A stretch of 64,000 bases of DNA from a virus. Within the stretch, counting starts at the first letter, position 1. Every line of letters begins with the position of its first letter. The notes beneath the pieces were generated by a model, which worked only from the letters and a program-made list of their open reading frames with translations, did no database searches and had not been told where the DNA came from. Of the stretch, positions 45,540 through 54,277 are shown in pieces. The position numbers and the translations under genes are program-made. The DNA is taken from the IMG/VR virus record IMGVR_UViG_3300037704_000085, positions 26,834 through 90,833 of that record. The stretch is one strand, 5' to 3'.

Positions 45540-45553
45540 GCTAACCCTATACT
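45512..45553 (+). promoter_or_regulatory. possible late promoter upstream of the lysis region
   Basis: TGGAAAG at 45512, TATACT at 45548 (36-nt offset); lies within coding sequence. Confidence 0.5.
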
Positions 45554-45582
45554 GCCATCAACCCTACCGCGACGTGCTGGCG

Positions 45583-45750
45583 ATGTCCCTGTCCTCTGTG
45601 CAGGGTCTTTTTTCAAGCAAGGCATTTGCGGGATGGAAGAAGGCGCGCGAGCAGGATATCAAACTCCAGATCGCGATCATTGAACGACTCGACGGCGTAA
45701 CGAAAGCCATCGGCAACCTCGCGAAAATCATCGCCAAAAAACCATCATGA
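45583..45750 (+). CDS. small protein, or frameshift extension of the upstream chaperone
   Basis: frame open from 45415; ATGA coupling to the next gene. Confidence 0.5.
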   Translation: MSLSSVQGLFSSKAFAGWKKAREQDIKLQIAIIERLDGVTKAIGNLAKIIAKKPS

Positions 45751-46142
45751 GCGAACTCTACCGCTACGACGCATCGGAACTGATGGCAGAGCGCAATGGG
45801 CTCGCCGCCGCCGTGGAATCGCCGCTGCTGGCCGTCCTTTGCAAAAACGTCGCGATCCGCGCCAAGGCCAAGGGCTATCTGGAATTCGGCCCCTACTGGT
45901 TTGCCGTCAAGGCAGCGCTGACCGAGCAGGGCTACGTGATGGGTAATCACACGTCGCCCTACATGCAGAAGAATTACACCGTCATGGAGAACGACCAGCC
46001 GAGCCCGGCGCTGACGCTGATCGCTGCTTGGAAATGTGCCGATGAAATCCGTTCTGCTTTTTTCAGAGGGTCAAGAGAGTTTCCGCTTGATGACCTTGGC
46101 GAAAACACCTATTCGCTTTTTGACCCCGACATGGAAGGCTGA
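45747..46142 (+). CDS. hypothetical protein
   Basis: YLEFGPYWFAVK motif; ATGA coupling. Confidence 0.7.
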   Translation: MSELYRYDASELMAERNGLAAAVESPLLAVLCKNVAIRAKAKGYLEFGPYWFAVKAALTEQGYVMGNHTSPYMQKNYTVMENDQPSPALTLIAAWKCADEIRSAFFRGSREFPLDDLGENTYSLFDPDMEG

Positions 46143-46148
46143 TCGGTA

Positions 46149-46508
46149 ATGCCTATCGAAACGACGCGCGAATTGCACCCGATTGTGGCCTTGATCTTTT
46201 CCTTCTTCGGTCTGGGGGCGCTGGTCGCCAACTCGCCGAAAATGACCAACCGGCAACTGACGTTCGCGGCCATTTGCGCGGTCGTGTTTGCGCTTTTGGT
46301 TCCCGAAATCGCGGTTCCGGCCATCGTGAATTACGCGCCGTGGTCGTGGGTGAAACAGGTTCCGGTGCTGGCGTTGGCCGGGTTGACAGGCTTTCTTTCG
46401 GGAGCCCTTGGCGGCAAGGTAGTGGCGGCGCTGATGGTGGCGGGCGACAGCCTGCCATTCTTCGCGACGCGCTGGCTGGGTCGGTCCGGGCGCGAGGATC
46501 AAAAATGA
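46149..46508 (+). CDS. putative holin
   Basis: three hydrophobic segments, upstream of the endolysin. Confidence 0.55.
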   Translation: MPIETTRELHPIVALIFSFFGLGALVANSPKMTNRQLTFAAICAVVFALLVPEIAVPAIVNYAPWSWVKQVPVLALAGLTGFLSGALGGKVVAALMVAGDSLPFFATRWLGRSGREDQK

Positions 46509-46900
46509 ACACCATCATGGCCGGCTTGCTGGTCCAAGTGCCGTTTCCGCTGGTTGTTGGGCTGCTGATTCATATCCTTTCTGCCGTGGCGGCGTTCGTG
46601 GTGTCTCTCGCCGCCTATGTCGCACTTAATCGGATCAACAAGACGACGATGCGGGTGATCAAGACGGCCTATGTTCTGGTCTTCGGCGGCTGCGCGGGCG
46701 CGGCTGTGCTGTCGCTGTGCGCGATCTTCATTGCCGACGACATGATCAACGAACTGATGCACCTATTCATCCTGATCACGCTGGCCGGCTTCTCGGCGCT
46801 CTTCATCGGCTCAAGGCGGCGGGATTGCCTCTGCACCGACTGCCCGGCCCGCAAGCTGCCCGAGCCCTGCGGCGACTGCGACCTGCGGGGCAGCGATTAA
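46505..46900 (+). CDS. membrane protein with Cys-rich C-terminal tail (holin/antiholin candidate)
   Basis: three TM segments followed by CLCTDC...CGDC. Confidence 0.55.
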   Translation: MNTIMAGLLVQVPFPLVVGLLIHILSAVAAFVVSLAAYVALNRINKTTMRVIKTAYVLVFGGCAGAAVLSLCAIFIADDMINELMHLFILITLAGFSALFIGSRRRDCLCTDCPARKLPEPCGDCDLRGSD

Positions 46901-47061
46901 TAAAGACTGCAAGAAATGCGGAAAGCATCGCGTGCTGTATAGCGCGGTGCTGTGTAGTGCGCTGGTCAGCGTTCCCTTGGCGTCGGCGGTGCGCCATCCG
47001 AAAGGAAAGTGCGGACCGGATGCCAAGTTGTTTGTTCCACTACAAGAAAAGGATATTTCCG

Positions 47062-47610
47062 ATGCTCGACGCCAAGCTTAATGCCACTTTGGACGCCCTG
47101 ATTGCCAAAGAGGGGGGCTACTGCAACGATCCTGATGACCTTGGCGGCGAAACATGCTGGGGCGTCACGGTCGCGGAAGCGCGGCTTGATGGCTATACCG
47201 GCCCGATGACCGATCTTCCTCAGTCGCGAGCGCGCGACATTTACCGCCGCAAGTATTGGTTCGGTCCGCGCTTTTCCGACGTGTCCGCGCTCTCCGAGTC
47301 AGTGGCCGAAGAGTTGTTCGACACGGGCGTAAACATGGGCATCGGCAAGGCCGGCGAGTTCCTGCAAATCGCGCTCAACGCGTTCAACCTGCGAGGCACC
47401 AAATACCCGGACATTGCCGAGGATGGCGACATTGGCAACAAGACGCTCGCGGCGCTCAAGGCGTATCTCGATTGGCGCGGCAAGGAAGGTGAAACGGTGC
47501 TGCTGCGTGCCTTGAATTGCCAGCAGGGAATGCGCTATCTCGACATCAGCCGGGGCCGTCAAGAGAACGAGACGTTCACCTACGGCTGGTTCAAGGAACG
47601 CGTCGCGTGA
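47062..47610 (+). CDS. endolysin, glycoside hydrolase family 108 with peptidoglycan-binding domain
   Basis: KEGGY.NDPDDLGGET.WGVT, FDTGVNMG, DGDIGNKT, FTYGW. Confidence 0.92.
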   Translation: MLDAKLNATLDALIAKEGGYCNDPDDLGGETCWGVTVAEARLDGYTGPMTDLPQSRARDIYRRKYWFGPRFSDVSALSESVAEELFDTGVNMGIGKAGEFLQIALNAFNLRGTKYPDIAEDGDIGNKTLAALKAYLDWRGKEGETVLLRALNCQQGMRYLDISRGRQENETFTYGWFKERVA

Positions 47611-47840
47611 TCGCGCAAGTTGGCATCGCCATGTTCGGCGTGACGGCGATTTTTCTAAGCCAGTCGCCGAGCGACAGGACAAAGAAATATGCCTGTCTCT
47701 TCGGTCTGGCCGGGCAACCGTTCTGGTTCTGGTCGGCCATCGCGGCTGAGCAGTGGGGAATCGTTTTGCTGTCCTGTTTTTACACAGCGGCGTGGGCGCG
47801 CGGCGTCAAAACGCATTGGTGGAAACGGAGCGCCGCATGA
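47607..47840 (+). CDS. small membrane protein
   Basis: GTGA overlap; FGLAGQPFWF; hydrophobic. Confidence 0.7.
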   Translation: MIAQVGIAMFGVTAIFLSQSPSDRTKKYACLFGLAGQPFWFWSAIAAEQWGIVLLSCFYTAAWARGVKTHWWKRSAA

Positions 47841-48070
47841 GCGCCTTCTTCTCTTGGTTGGATCGTCGGCACTTCGTCAGCGTCCGCGCTGGCATGCAAT
47901 ACGCCGTCGCGGCCATGACGTGGCAGGTCACCGTCTGGGCGTTTGAATTTGCCCGCACCAGTCCGCTTCCGGGGCTTGAGGTTGCGGCGGTCTTGGCGGC
48001 AGTGACCGTGCCGTTTTGCGGGCTGCAAGCGGCGATTTTCTCTCAATACATGGGGGCCAAAAAGCCATGA
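47837..48070 (+). CDS. small two-TM membrane protein (holin candidate)
   Basis: GGAG SD, two hydrophobic segments. Confidence 0.6.
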   Translation: MSAFFSWLDRRHFVSVRAGMQYAVAAMTWQVTVWAFEFARTSPLPGLEVAAVLAAVTVPFCGLQAAIFSQYMGAKKP

Positions 48071-48618
48071 ACCATTGGGTAGTTGCTATTCGTGCCACTT
48101 GGCCCTATTTGCTCTCCGCTGGGATTGGATTCAGCGCGGCGTGGTGGTTGCAGGGCCTCAATGTCACCGCTGCCGAGAATGACCGGGACAAGATCACCAA
48201 CCAATTCACCGCCTACCGGGTCGAGCAGCAACGCCTGACCAACGAGGCCATCACTAAAGCCGACCAACAACGACAGGAGACCGCAGATGCTTGGGCCAAA
48301 AACCTCGAACAAATTCTCAAAGACAAAGGCGCTTACGAACGCTGCGTTGCTGCTGGGCGTTGCGGTCCTGTTCAACGGGTGTGCGTGGCTCTGCCCGTCT
48401 CCCGCCCCGCAGCCGCCGGTGTTGCCGAGCCCATATCGCCCCCCCGCCAGCCTGATGGTGCCGGTGCCGGGACAATACCTGCTCCCGCCGGAACTGCAAC
48501 GTCCGCCGATGAAAGCGCCGTCGCCGGGCTGATCGCTGACTGCAAACAAGCCATCGGCATGGCGAATGGCTTGCAGGCGGACATTGAAAGCCAACCCGGC
48601 TACCGAAAGACGAAATGA
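48067..48618 (+). CDS. i-spanin (Rz-like)
   Basis: N-terminal TM segment, coiled coil, nested lipoprotein gene. Confidence 0.75.
   Translation: MNHWVVAIRATWPYLLSAGIGFSAAWWLQGLNVTAAENDRDKITNQFTAYRVEQQRLTNEAITKADQQRQETADAWAKNLEQILKDKGAYERCVAAGRCGPVQRVCVALPVSRPAAAGVAEPISPPRQPDGAGAGTIPAPAGTATSADESAVAGLIADCKQAIGMANGLQADIESQPGYRKTK
48287..48532 (+). CDS. o-spanin (Rz1-like lipoprotein), nested in Rz
   Basis: AGGAG SD, basic N-terminus, hydrophobic stretch, lipobox-like FNGC, Pro-rich mature part. Confidence 0.75.
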   Translation: MLGPKTSNKFSKTKALTNAALLLGVAVLFNGCAWLCPSPAPQPPVLPSPYRPPASLMVPVPGQYLLPPELQRPPMKAPSPG

Positions 48619-48839
48619 TCGCATCCGATCCGCTGGATTGCGCGGTCGAACTACAGGCCCGCGAGAACGCCAATTCAGAAAAGCAGGTTCGCGACCGGGT
48701 GCCGGAGCCCGGCCAAGGTCGCGAACAGTGCGAGCAGTGCGGCCGGTCGATTCCCGAGCAGCGCGCGGCCAGTGGCTACACCCGCTGCGTTCCCTGCGTC
48801 GAACTGGAAGAGCGGCGCGGGCAGACGCATCGCCGCTAA
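48615..48839 (+). CDS. TraR/DksA C4-type zinc finger protein
   Basis: DPLD.A ... CEQCGRSIPEQR...RCVPC. Confidence 0.85.
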   Translation: MIASDPLDCAVELQARENANSEKQVRDRVPEPGQGREQCEQCGRSIPEQRAASGYTRCVPCVELEERRGQTHRR

Positions 48840-49006
48840 ACGTTGCGGCGCGGCGTCTTGAGCTTGCGCAAGTGAGAGAGCGAGAACCCGGCCGGGGCCT
48901 GTTTCAGAGCAGCTTCGTAAGCCGCCAGCCGGGTTTCTGCCGAGAAGGTCTGCCGGCGCATCGCCTTGCCGTCCGAATAGGTGGCGGCGAAGTCGATGCT
49001 ATGCAC
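48836..49006 (-). CDS. small hypothetical protein
   Basis: GTG start overlapping the upstream gene end. Confidence 0.5.
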   Translation of the reverse strand: MHSIDFAATYSDGKAMRRQTFSAETRLAAYEAALKQAPAGFSLSHLRKLKTPRRNV

Positions 49007-49316
49007 CTTTGCCGAGCCGCATTTTTTCCAGCGTTGCGGGGTCGTCTTGGCGGTGCGGCGGCGCGTCCGGGTCGCCCTTGCCGTGCGTCGCGCAGTATTC
49101 CTCGAACTCGTCGGCGAGCCGGCGAACGTCGGCGACAAATTCCGGGGCGTACCCCCGGCGCTCGCCTTCATCAGCGTAGGCGCGCAGGGCAGCGGGCGCG
49201 GCCGGGTCTTTGGCACCAAAAACCATGTTCGGCCATTCAGGGACCGAGCCATCGCGGCGCGTCACCAGATACTTGCCTTCCGGCGCTTTGTCGCCGTATC
49301 TCCAAAGCCCGCTCAT
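48999..49316 (-). CDS. hypothetical phage protein
   Basis: GKYLVTRRDG...AKDPAAPAALRAYA motif. Confidence 0.7.
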   Translation of the reverse strand: MSGLWRYGDKAPEGKYLVTRRDGSVPEWPNMVFGAKDPAAPAALRAYADEGERRGYAPEFVADVRRLADEFEEYCATHGKGDPDAPPHRQDDPATLEKMRLGKGA

Positions 49317-49317
49317 T

Positions 49318-50457
49318 TCAAGCCACCGTAGCCGTGGCAACCACGGTCCGCGCGCCCTTTGCATCCGGCGCGCTGACGATGCCATCGCTTTCCATGCGTT
49401 CGATCAGGCGGGCGGCGTAGTTGTAGCCGATCTGGAGCTTGCGCTGAACCGTCGATATCGACGCGCGTCCGGCCTCGACCACAATCGCCTTGGCTTCGGC
49501 GTAGGCGGCTTCCGTATCCTGCGTGTCGGCGGGCGCTGCTTGCGCCTCGTCGGAGCCGTCCATGTCATCCATGTTGCCGCCGAAGGCTTCGGCCAGCAGG
49601 CCATAGACCTTGCGGATTTCGCCGGCCGACAGGATCAGTTCGGCGTCATCGCGGGCGTCTTCCATCAGGTCGCCTTGTTCCTCGCGCACCTTGATAATGT
49701 CCAAGAACGCGATGCGCTTGATCACCAGCTTTTCGGTCATCACGAACGACATGCGCTCGTTGTAGGTCATCGCCAGTTCGCTGATGCTGTTGCCGATAAA
49801 AAGCTGCTTGAACTGTTCGCCGCTGACATCGTGGCCGCTGACCCGCACCTTGCCGCCGGTAATGTCTTCGAAGAGCGCGCTCTTGTCGATGCTGAAGTGT
49901 TCCGGCGCGTCTCCTTCGCTGGCCCATGCGGTAAAGCAGGCGTCCGGGCTGCTGTTGGTTTTCCAGCTACGCAGCTTGCCTTCGTGGCTCCACAGATCGG
50001 TGCGGCGCAGGGCATTCAGTACCACGTCGACCTTGCCCGGCGTCGCGGCATTGACGACCAGCAAGCCGCCTTCGAAGTCGAACCATGCGTGGATCAGCGT
50101 CGTGCGAATGAACGCCTTCGCCAGCAATTCTTGCGTGACGCGTTCCTTGACCTCCTTCGTTTCCTTGCGTCCGAGCTTGCGCCCCTCGTTTTCCTCGATG
50201 GTTTCAACGCACTTGGCGGTTTCGGCCTTGACTACGCAGGCGGGAAGCAGCTTTTCGTCCAGCCGCACGGTGACCAGCGTCAGTTTTCCGACTGAGCGGA
50301 ACAGCGATTCCGGGTGGAGGCTCGACGGCGGCACAAAGCCCACGGACGAGACCGTGCTTGCGCCGCATTCCAGAAACGGTTTTCCGGCGGCGGCGGTTTC
50401 GACTTCGGCTTGAGTGACCCCGGCAAAGCGGAGAATCGTTGCGTTTTTGACCAGCAT
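49318..50457 (-). CDS. rdgC: recombination-associated protein RdgC fused to an FtsK gamma domain
   Basis: SVGFVPP, EKLLP..VVK, ELLAKAF (RdgC); ASISTVQRKLQIGYNYAARLIERME (FtsK gamma). Confidence 0.9.
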   Translation of the reverse strand: MLVKNATILRFAGVTQAEVETAAAGKPFLECGASTVSSVGFVPPSSLHPESLFRSVGKLTLVTVRLDEKLLPACVVKAETAKCVETIEENEGRKLGRKETKEVKERVTQELLAKAFIRTTLIHAWFDFEGGLLVVNAATPGKVDVVLNALRRTDLWSHEGKLRSWKTNSSPDACFTAWASEGDAPEHFSIDKSALFEDITGGKVRVSGHDVSGEQFKQLFIGNSISELAMTYNERMSFVMTEKLVIKRIAFLDIIKVREEQGDLMEDARDDAELILSAGEIRKVYGLLAEAFGGNMDDMDGSDEAQAAPADTQDTEAAYAEAKAIVVEAGRASISTVQRKLQIGYNYAARLIERMESDGIVSAPDAKGARTVVATATVA

Positions 50458-50459
50458 CG

Positions 50460-50738
50460 TCATTCCTTTTCTGCGCACTTGGCGCTCGTTTGTTTGGCAT
50501 AGGCTTCGCCGGTTCCCTTGCGCGGACACGGGGCGCATTGCGGGTCGGTCAGTGACTTGTCGTAGCGACACTCGCGGCTGGATCGGTCGATGATGTAGTT
50601 GGTCACTGGCACCGGCAGGCCGTTGATAACCTCGACGCCACTGTGCCAGTAGCCGTCTTTTCGAACCGCGTTGGCGCAGGCGTCGTAAAACGCTGGGGCG
50701 ATGGTCGATTCATGGACCGGGCTATCGGGAACGGGCAT
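50460..50738 (-). CDS. Cys-containing hypothetical protein
   Basis: SRECRYD...DPQCAPC. Confidence 0.6.
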   Translation of the reverse strand: MPVPDSPVHESTIAPAFYDACANAVRKDGYWHSGVEVINGLPVPVTNYIIDRSSRECRYDKSLTDPQCAPCPRKGTGEAYAKQTSAKCAEKE

Positions 50739-50925
50739 GTTTCTTCCCCTTCGCGCCGGGCCAAGAGCGCTTGACGTTCTGCTTTTCCGGCATCTTCCCG
50801 GTCGGGCTGGTATTGCGCGCGGTCTGCGGCCCCGTGCCGAAGTCGTTGCGGCGCATGGGCGCGCTGATCGACTGCGCCGATGCCAGAATGGCGAGCGTGG
50901 CGAGCATGATTCCCGGCTGGCTCAT
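50722..50925 (-). CDS. small hypothetical protein
   Basis: GAGG SD; packed operon. Confidence 0.5.
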   Translation of the reverse strand: MSQPGIMLATLAILASAQSISAPMRRNDFGTGPQTARNTSPTGKMPEKQNVKRSWPGAKGKKHARSR

Positions 50926-50927
50926 GG

Positions 50928-51529
50928 CTACTTCCTCACCGGCATCAACACGCCTTCGCCGCCGGCAAACCGAAAACTGGCGGTGCCGTTCTCGCTAAAG
51001 ACGGCCAGTTCGGCGTCGCCGAGCGACTGAAGCAAGGCGAGGTAGCGATGCTGAAACCCGGCGATGCCGAACGGAACCCGGCCGCGCTGGTTTTTGCCGG
51101 TGCCGGCGCAGTCCGGACAGGCCAGTTGTGATTGCCTTTTTCCGCAACGCCGTCGCCGTCGCATTCCTTGCAGTCATAGTTGTGCGAGCCGTGGTCGAAC
51201 GAGCCTACGCCGTCGCAGTCCGGGCACTTCGCGAACTTACCTTTACCGTGGCAAGTGATGCAGGCCGGCGGCTCCGGCAGGGTGATGTCCAGCCGCACAA
51301 AGCCATCGTCCTTGAACGCCTGCGTGAACAGCAGTTCGCAGTTCGGCACGCGCAAGTCCGGGTGGGTCTGGTGGCTGACCGCCTCGACGGCCGTATCGTC
51401 GGAAATACGAACCATGATTTCGCCATTGGTGCCATACAGAAAGCCGCCCTGCCGGATCGGTGTTCGAATGGCCGGGTTGAGGCCGTAGCTCGGGTCGATG
51501 AACTTGGCGAGTAGTTCGGCCGGGCTCAT
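50928..51529 (-). pseudogene. DnaJ-type CxxCxGxG zinc-repeat protein split by a frameshift near 51120-51145
   Basis: three CxxCxGxG repeats in one frame; the fourth repeat and the natural C-terminus (GGEGVLMP) lie in the -1 frame. Confidence 0.7.
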
Positions 51530-52377
51530 ACTTCCGCCTTCCCGGTGAGGGCGAGCAGGGCCTTCAGGTGCTTGGCCGGGATCGCGACCATATCGTCGTC
51601 GTGCGCCTTCTCGATGCTGACAACGCGCACGCCGGCCGCTTCGATGCTGGCGCGCAATCCGAAGACAACGCCGGTCACGGCCTTGATAGCCTTCGGCGGC
51701 AGACGATCAGAAACGTGCTTGGCGGTGACTTTGGAGGCCCCGGCTTGCTTGGCCTTGCCCAACTTCTCCTGAAGCACGCCAAGGGCCTTTGCGCCGTGCT
51801 GGCGGATCATTGCCACCGCGACGTGGGCGGCGACTTCGTTGCGCTCGATCATCGCTTGCAATTCGCGCGGCGCTTCGGCGAGGATCAGGCCGTTGCCGAT
51901 AGTGGTTTCGCTGACGCCGAGGCGTGAAGCGATGGCCGGCGCGGCGTCGCCGTAGCGGAGCAGGCGCAGGTAGCCGCGACCGGCTTCGAGCGGCGGCAGG
52001 GGCTTGCCTTGCGCGGTGCCGAGCATGTGATACACGCCGTCCGAGTCGTTGCCGCGAAAGTGGCGGGCTTCGAGCGCGTATTCAATGCCTTCGGCGACCA
52101 GCCGGTTCGCGGCGCGCGTGCGGCAGTGCCCGTCTCGGGCGATCACGCGGCCGTCGACCACAATCACGTCGACCGGCGGGATGTAAGCGCCGGCCTTCAT
52201 CGCCCGGTAGAGCGAGTCGATATGCGCGTCAAGCTCCGGCCCTTCGGTGCGCAGGTTCCAGCCGGGCTCGAACTCGATCACGCCCGGATGCAGCTTGAAA
52301 TACGTGGCTTTCTGTACGCCTTCGGCCTTGCCTTCGGCGAGCGCCTTGAGGGAAACGGGTTTCTTTTCGGTGGTCAT
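51526..52377 (-). CDS. ParB/Srx N-terminal domain protein with HTH
   Basis: GWNLR, IPPVDV, DGHCRTRA, IASRLGVSETTI. Confidence 0.8.
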   Translation of the reverse strand: MTTEKKPVSLKALAEGKAEGVQKATYFKLHPGVIEFEPGWNLRTEGPELDAHIDSLYRAMKAGAYIPPVDVIVVDGRVIARDGHCRTRAANRLVAEGIEYALEARHFRGNDSDGVYHMLGTAQGKPLPPLEAGRGYLRLLRYGDAAPAIASRLGVSETTIGNGLILAEAPRELQAMIERNEVAAHVAVAMIRQHGAKALGVLQEKLGKAKQAGASKVTAKHVSDRLPPKAIKAVTGVVFGLRASIEAAGVRVVSIEKAHDDDMVAIPAKHLKALLALTGKAEV

Positions 52378-52380
52378 GGT

Positions 52381-52842
52381 TCAATCCTTTCCAGTGCTGC
52401 CGAAGCCGGCTTCGCCGCGCACCGAGTCCGGCAATTGATCGACCAAACGAACGGAGCAGCGCATGACAGGAACGATCAGCAATTGCGCAATGCGGTCCTT
52501 GGGATTCACGTCGAAGCGGTCGTAGCCGTGACAGGTCAGGATCACTTCGAGTTCGCCACGGAAATTTGCGTCGACAACTCCGGGGGCATTCCCCACGGTG
52601 ACATTGAACTTGTCGGCCATGCCCGAACGCGGGCAGACGAGGCCGACGAAGCCGGCAGGAATCGCCGTCTTGATACCTGTCGGAATGCGAATCTTGCTGC
52701 CGCGCTGCATGGTGAACGGCTTGTCGATGCGGGCGCGCAGGTCAAGCCCGGCGTCCCCGGCCTTGGCGTAGTTCGGCGCGAAACCGGCTTCAAGCTCGAC
52801 CAGCAGCAATTCCAAGCCGTGATGGTGTTGTGGTGCGTTCAT
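52381..52842 (-). CDS. dut: dUTPase
   Basis: AGLDL, PRSG, GVVDANFRGE, RIAQL, RGEAGFGSTG. Confidence 0.97.
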   Translation of the reverse strand: MNAPQHHHGLELLLVELEAGFAPNYAKAGDAGLDLRARIDKPFTMQRGSKIRIPTGIKTAIPAGFVGLVCPRSGMADKFNVTVGNAPGVVDANFRGELEVILTCHGYDRFDVNPKDRIAQLLIVPVMRCSVRLVDQLPDSVRGEAGFGSTGKD

Positions 52843-52922
52843 TCGGTGTTTTCTCCAATTGTTTTGATGCGGTTAAGCGGCTATATGATCGCTGTTTTCA
52901 TGCGAGCTGTAAATAGCATTTG

Positions 52923-53384
52923 CTAAAACGGGATATCGTCGTCTAGGTCGTCAAAGTTCGGCGACGGTTTCTTGGCTTGGCCTTGGGCCGGGTTGCTGGC
53001 CGGCGCGCGGCGCGGTTCCGGGGCCGGTTGGTCGCCGCTGCCACCTGACGGCTTCGATCCGAGCATTTGCATGCTGTCGGCTTTCAACTCCCACGACTGG
53101 CGCTTGTTGCCGTCCTTGTCTTCCCAATCGCGGGCCTGCATCTTGCCCTCGATCAAAACGGACGAGCCCTTGACCAGATATTGCGAACAGATTTCGGCCA
53201 GCTTACCGAATGCGTTCACGCGAAACCAAGTCGTGTTCTCGCGTTTTTCGCCCGAGTTCTTGTCTTTCCACGACTCAGAGACGGCGACAGAAAAGTTTGC
53301 TACTGCATCGCCGGACGGCAAGTAGCGCGACTCAACCTCTTTGCCAAGATGCCCGACGATGATTATTTTCTGATAACTAGCCAT
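52923..53384 (-). CDS. ssb: single-stranded DNA-binding protein
   Basis: OB-fold SSB motifs and DDDIPF tail. Confidence 0.97.
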   Translation of the reverse strand: MASYQKIIIVGHLGKEVESRYLPSGDAVANFSVAVSESWKDKNSGEKRENTTWFRVNAFGKLAEICSQYLVKGSSVLIEGKMQARDWEDKDGNKRQSWELKADSMQMLGSKPSGGSGDQPAPEPRRAPASNPAQGQAKKPSPNFDDLDDDIPF

Positions 53385-53404
53385 TTGGAATTCCCTTTGT
53401 TCGA

Positions 53405-54205
53405 TTACTTCGACCGCGCCGCAATGGCGGATTCCGGGTAGGCGCGGATGCCGGCGATGTTGGTGTCTTTCTTCAGCGCCTTGACCACTTGGCCGATCTT
53501 TTTTTCATCGACCAACATGTATTCGCGCGGGATCAGGTTGATGTCGGTGATTTCGAACTTCCAGTTCTCGCGGGTGCTGATGCCCTTCGCGGTCGGTGCC
53601 GTGTTGGCCGTTACCGGGGCGCTGATCACCGCAGCGGCAACTTCGAGCGTTGCTGCAACAGACTGTTTTTCCGACTCGACGGCCCGCGCCGACTCGACGA
53701 CGGTTTCAGCCTGCGCGATGACCGCAGTATCGCCGCTGGAAATGGCTTCGTTCAGAGTGACTTCGGCGGCAACGCGGTTTTGTTCAGCCAGATCAGCAAT
53801 CGCCTGCTTTTCTTTGGCCTGCGCTTCGACCGCGCGGCGTTCGGCGTCGGCAATGGCCTGCCGGCGGGCTTGCTCTTCGCGCGACTTTTTATTCTCTGCC
53901 TCCTGATAGGTCAGCATCGCTTTCTTGATAACCGTCTCCGCTTCCGCCAGCGTTTCGAGCGGCTTGCGGAACAAGCTCATGACCGCTTCCTTGGCGGCGT
54001 CGAGCGGCCGGGTAATGGTCAGGCGCTGTTCGTTCAGCGTCTTGATGCGGCCTTTGATCGTGGTCAGGTCTTCGGCAGCGAGCGCGAAGGTTTCGGACGA
54101 GTCGATTTTGTACGACTTGGCGACGGACAGGTGGCCGTTCGACTCTTTCGTGAGTTCGGCGGCGTCGGGGTTTTGATAGGTTACGGTCTGGGTGGTGGCG
54201 GACAC
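53405..54205 (-). CDS. coiled-coil phage recombination-module protein
   Basis: GGAG SD before GTG; C-terminal WKFEITD..IPREY..DEKKI...IAGIR. Confidence 0.7.
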   Translation of the reverse strand: MSATTQTVTYQNPDAAELTKESNGHLSVAKSYKIDSSETFALAAEDLTTIKGRIKTLNEQRLTITRPLDAAKEAVMSLFRKPLETLAEAETVIKKAMLTYQEAENKKSREEQARRQAIADAERRAVEAQAKEKQAIADLAEQNRVAAEVTLNEAISSGDTAVIAQAETVVESARAVESEKQSVAATLEVAAAVISAPVTANTAPTAKGISTRENWKFEITDINLIPREYMLVDEKKIGQVVKALKKDTNIAGIRAYPESAIAARSK

Positions 54206-54249
54206 AAGGGTTCTCCGGGTTATCAAACGATAAAATTAAAAGCTTAGCG

Positions 54250-54277
54250 ATTGTATAGAAGCACAGTGAAATGTCAA
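54250..54277 (-). promoter_or_regulatory. sigma70 promoter, leftward
   Basis: TTGACA-N16-TACAAT on the minus strand. Confidence 0.75.

Noticed and set aside
46919-46960. CGGAAAG before the endolysin as a seventh late promoter
   Set aside because: Hexamer at +36 is TAGTGC, lacking the conserved final T; possible but unsupported
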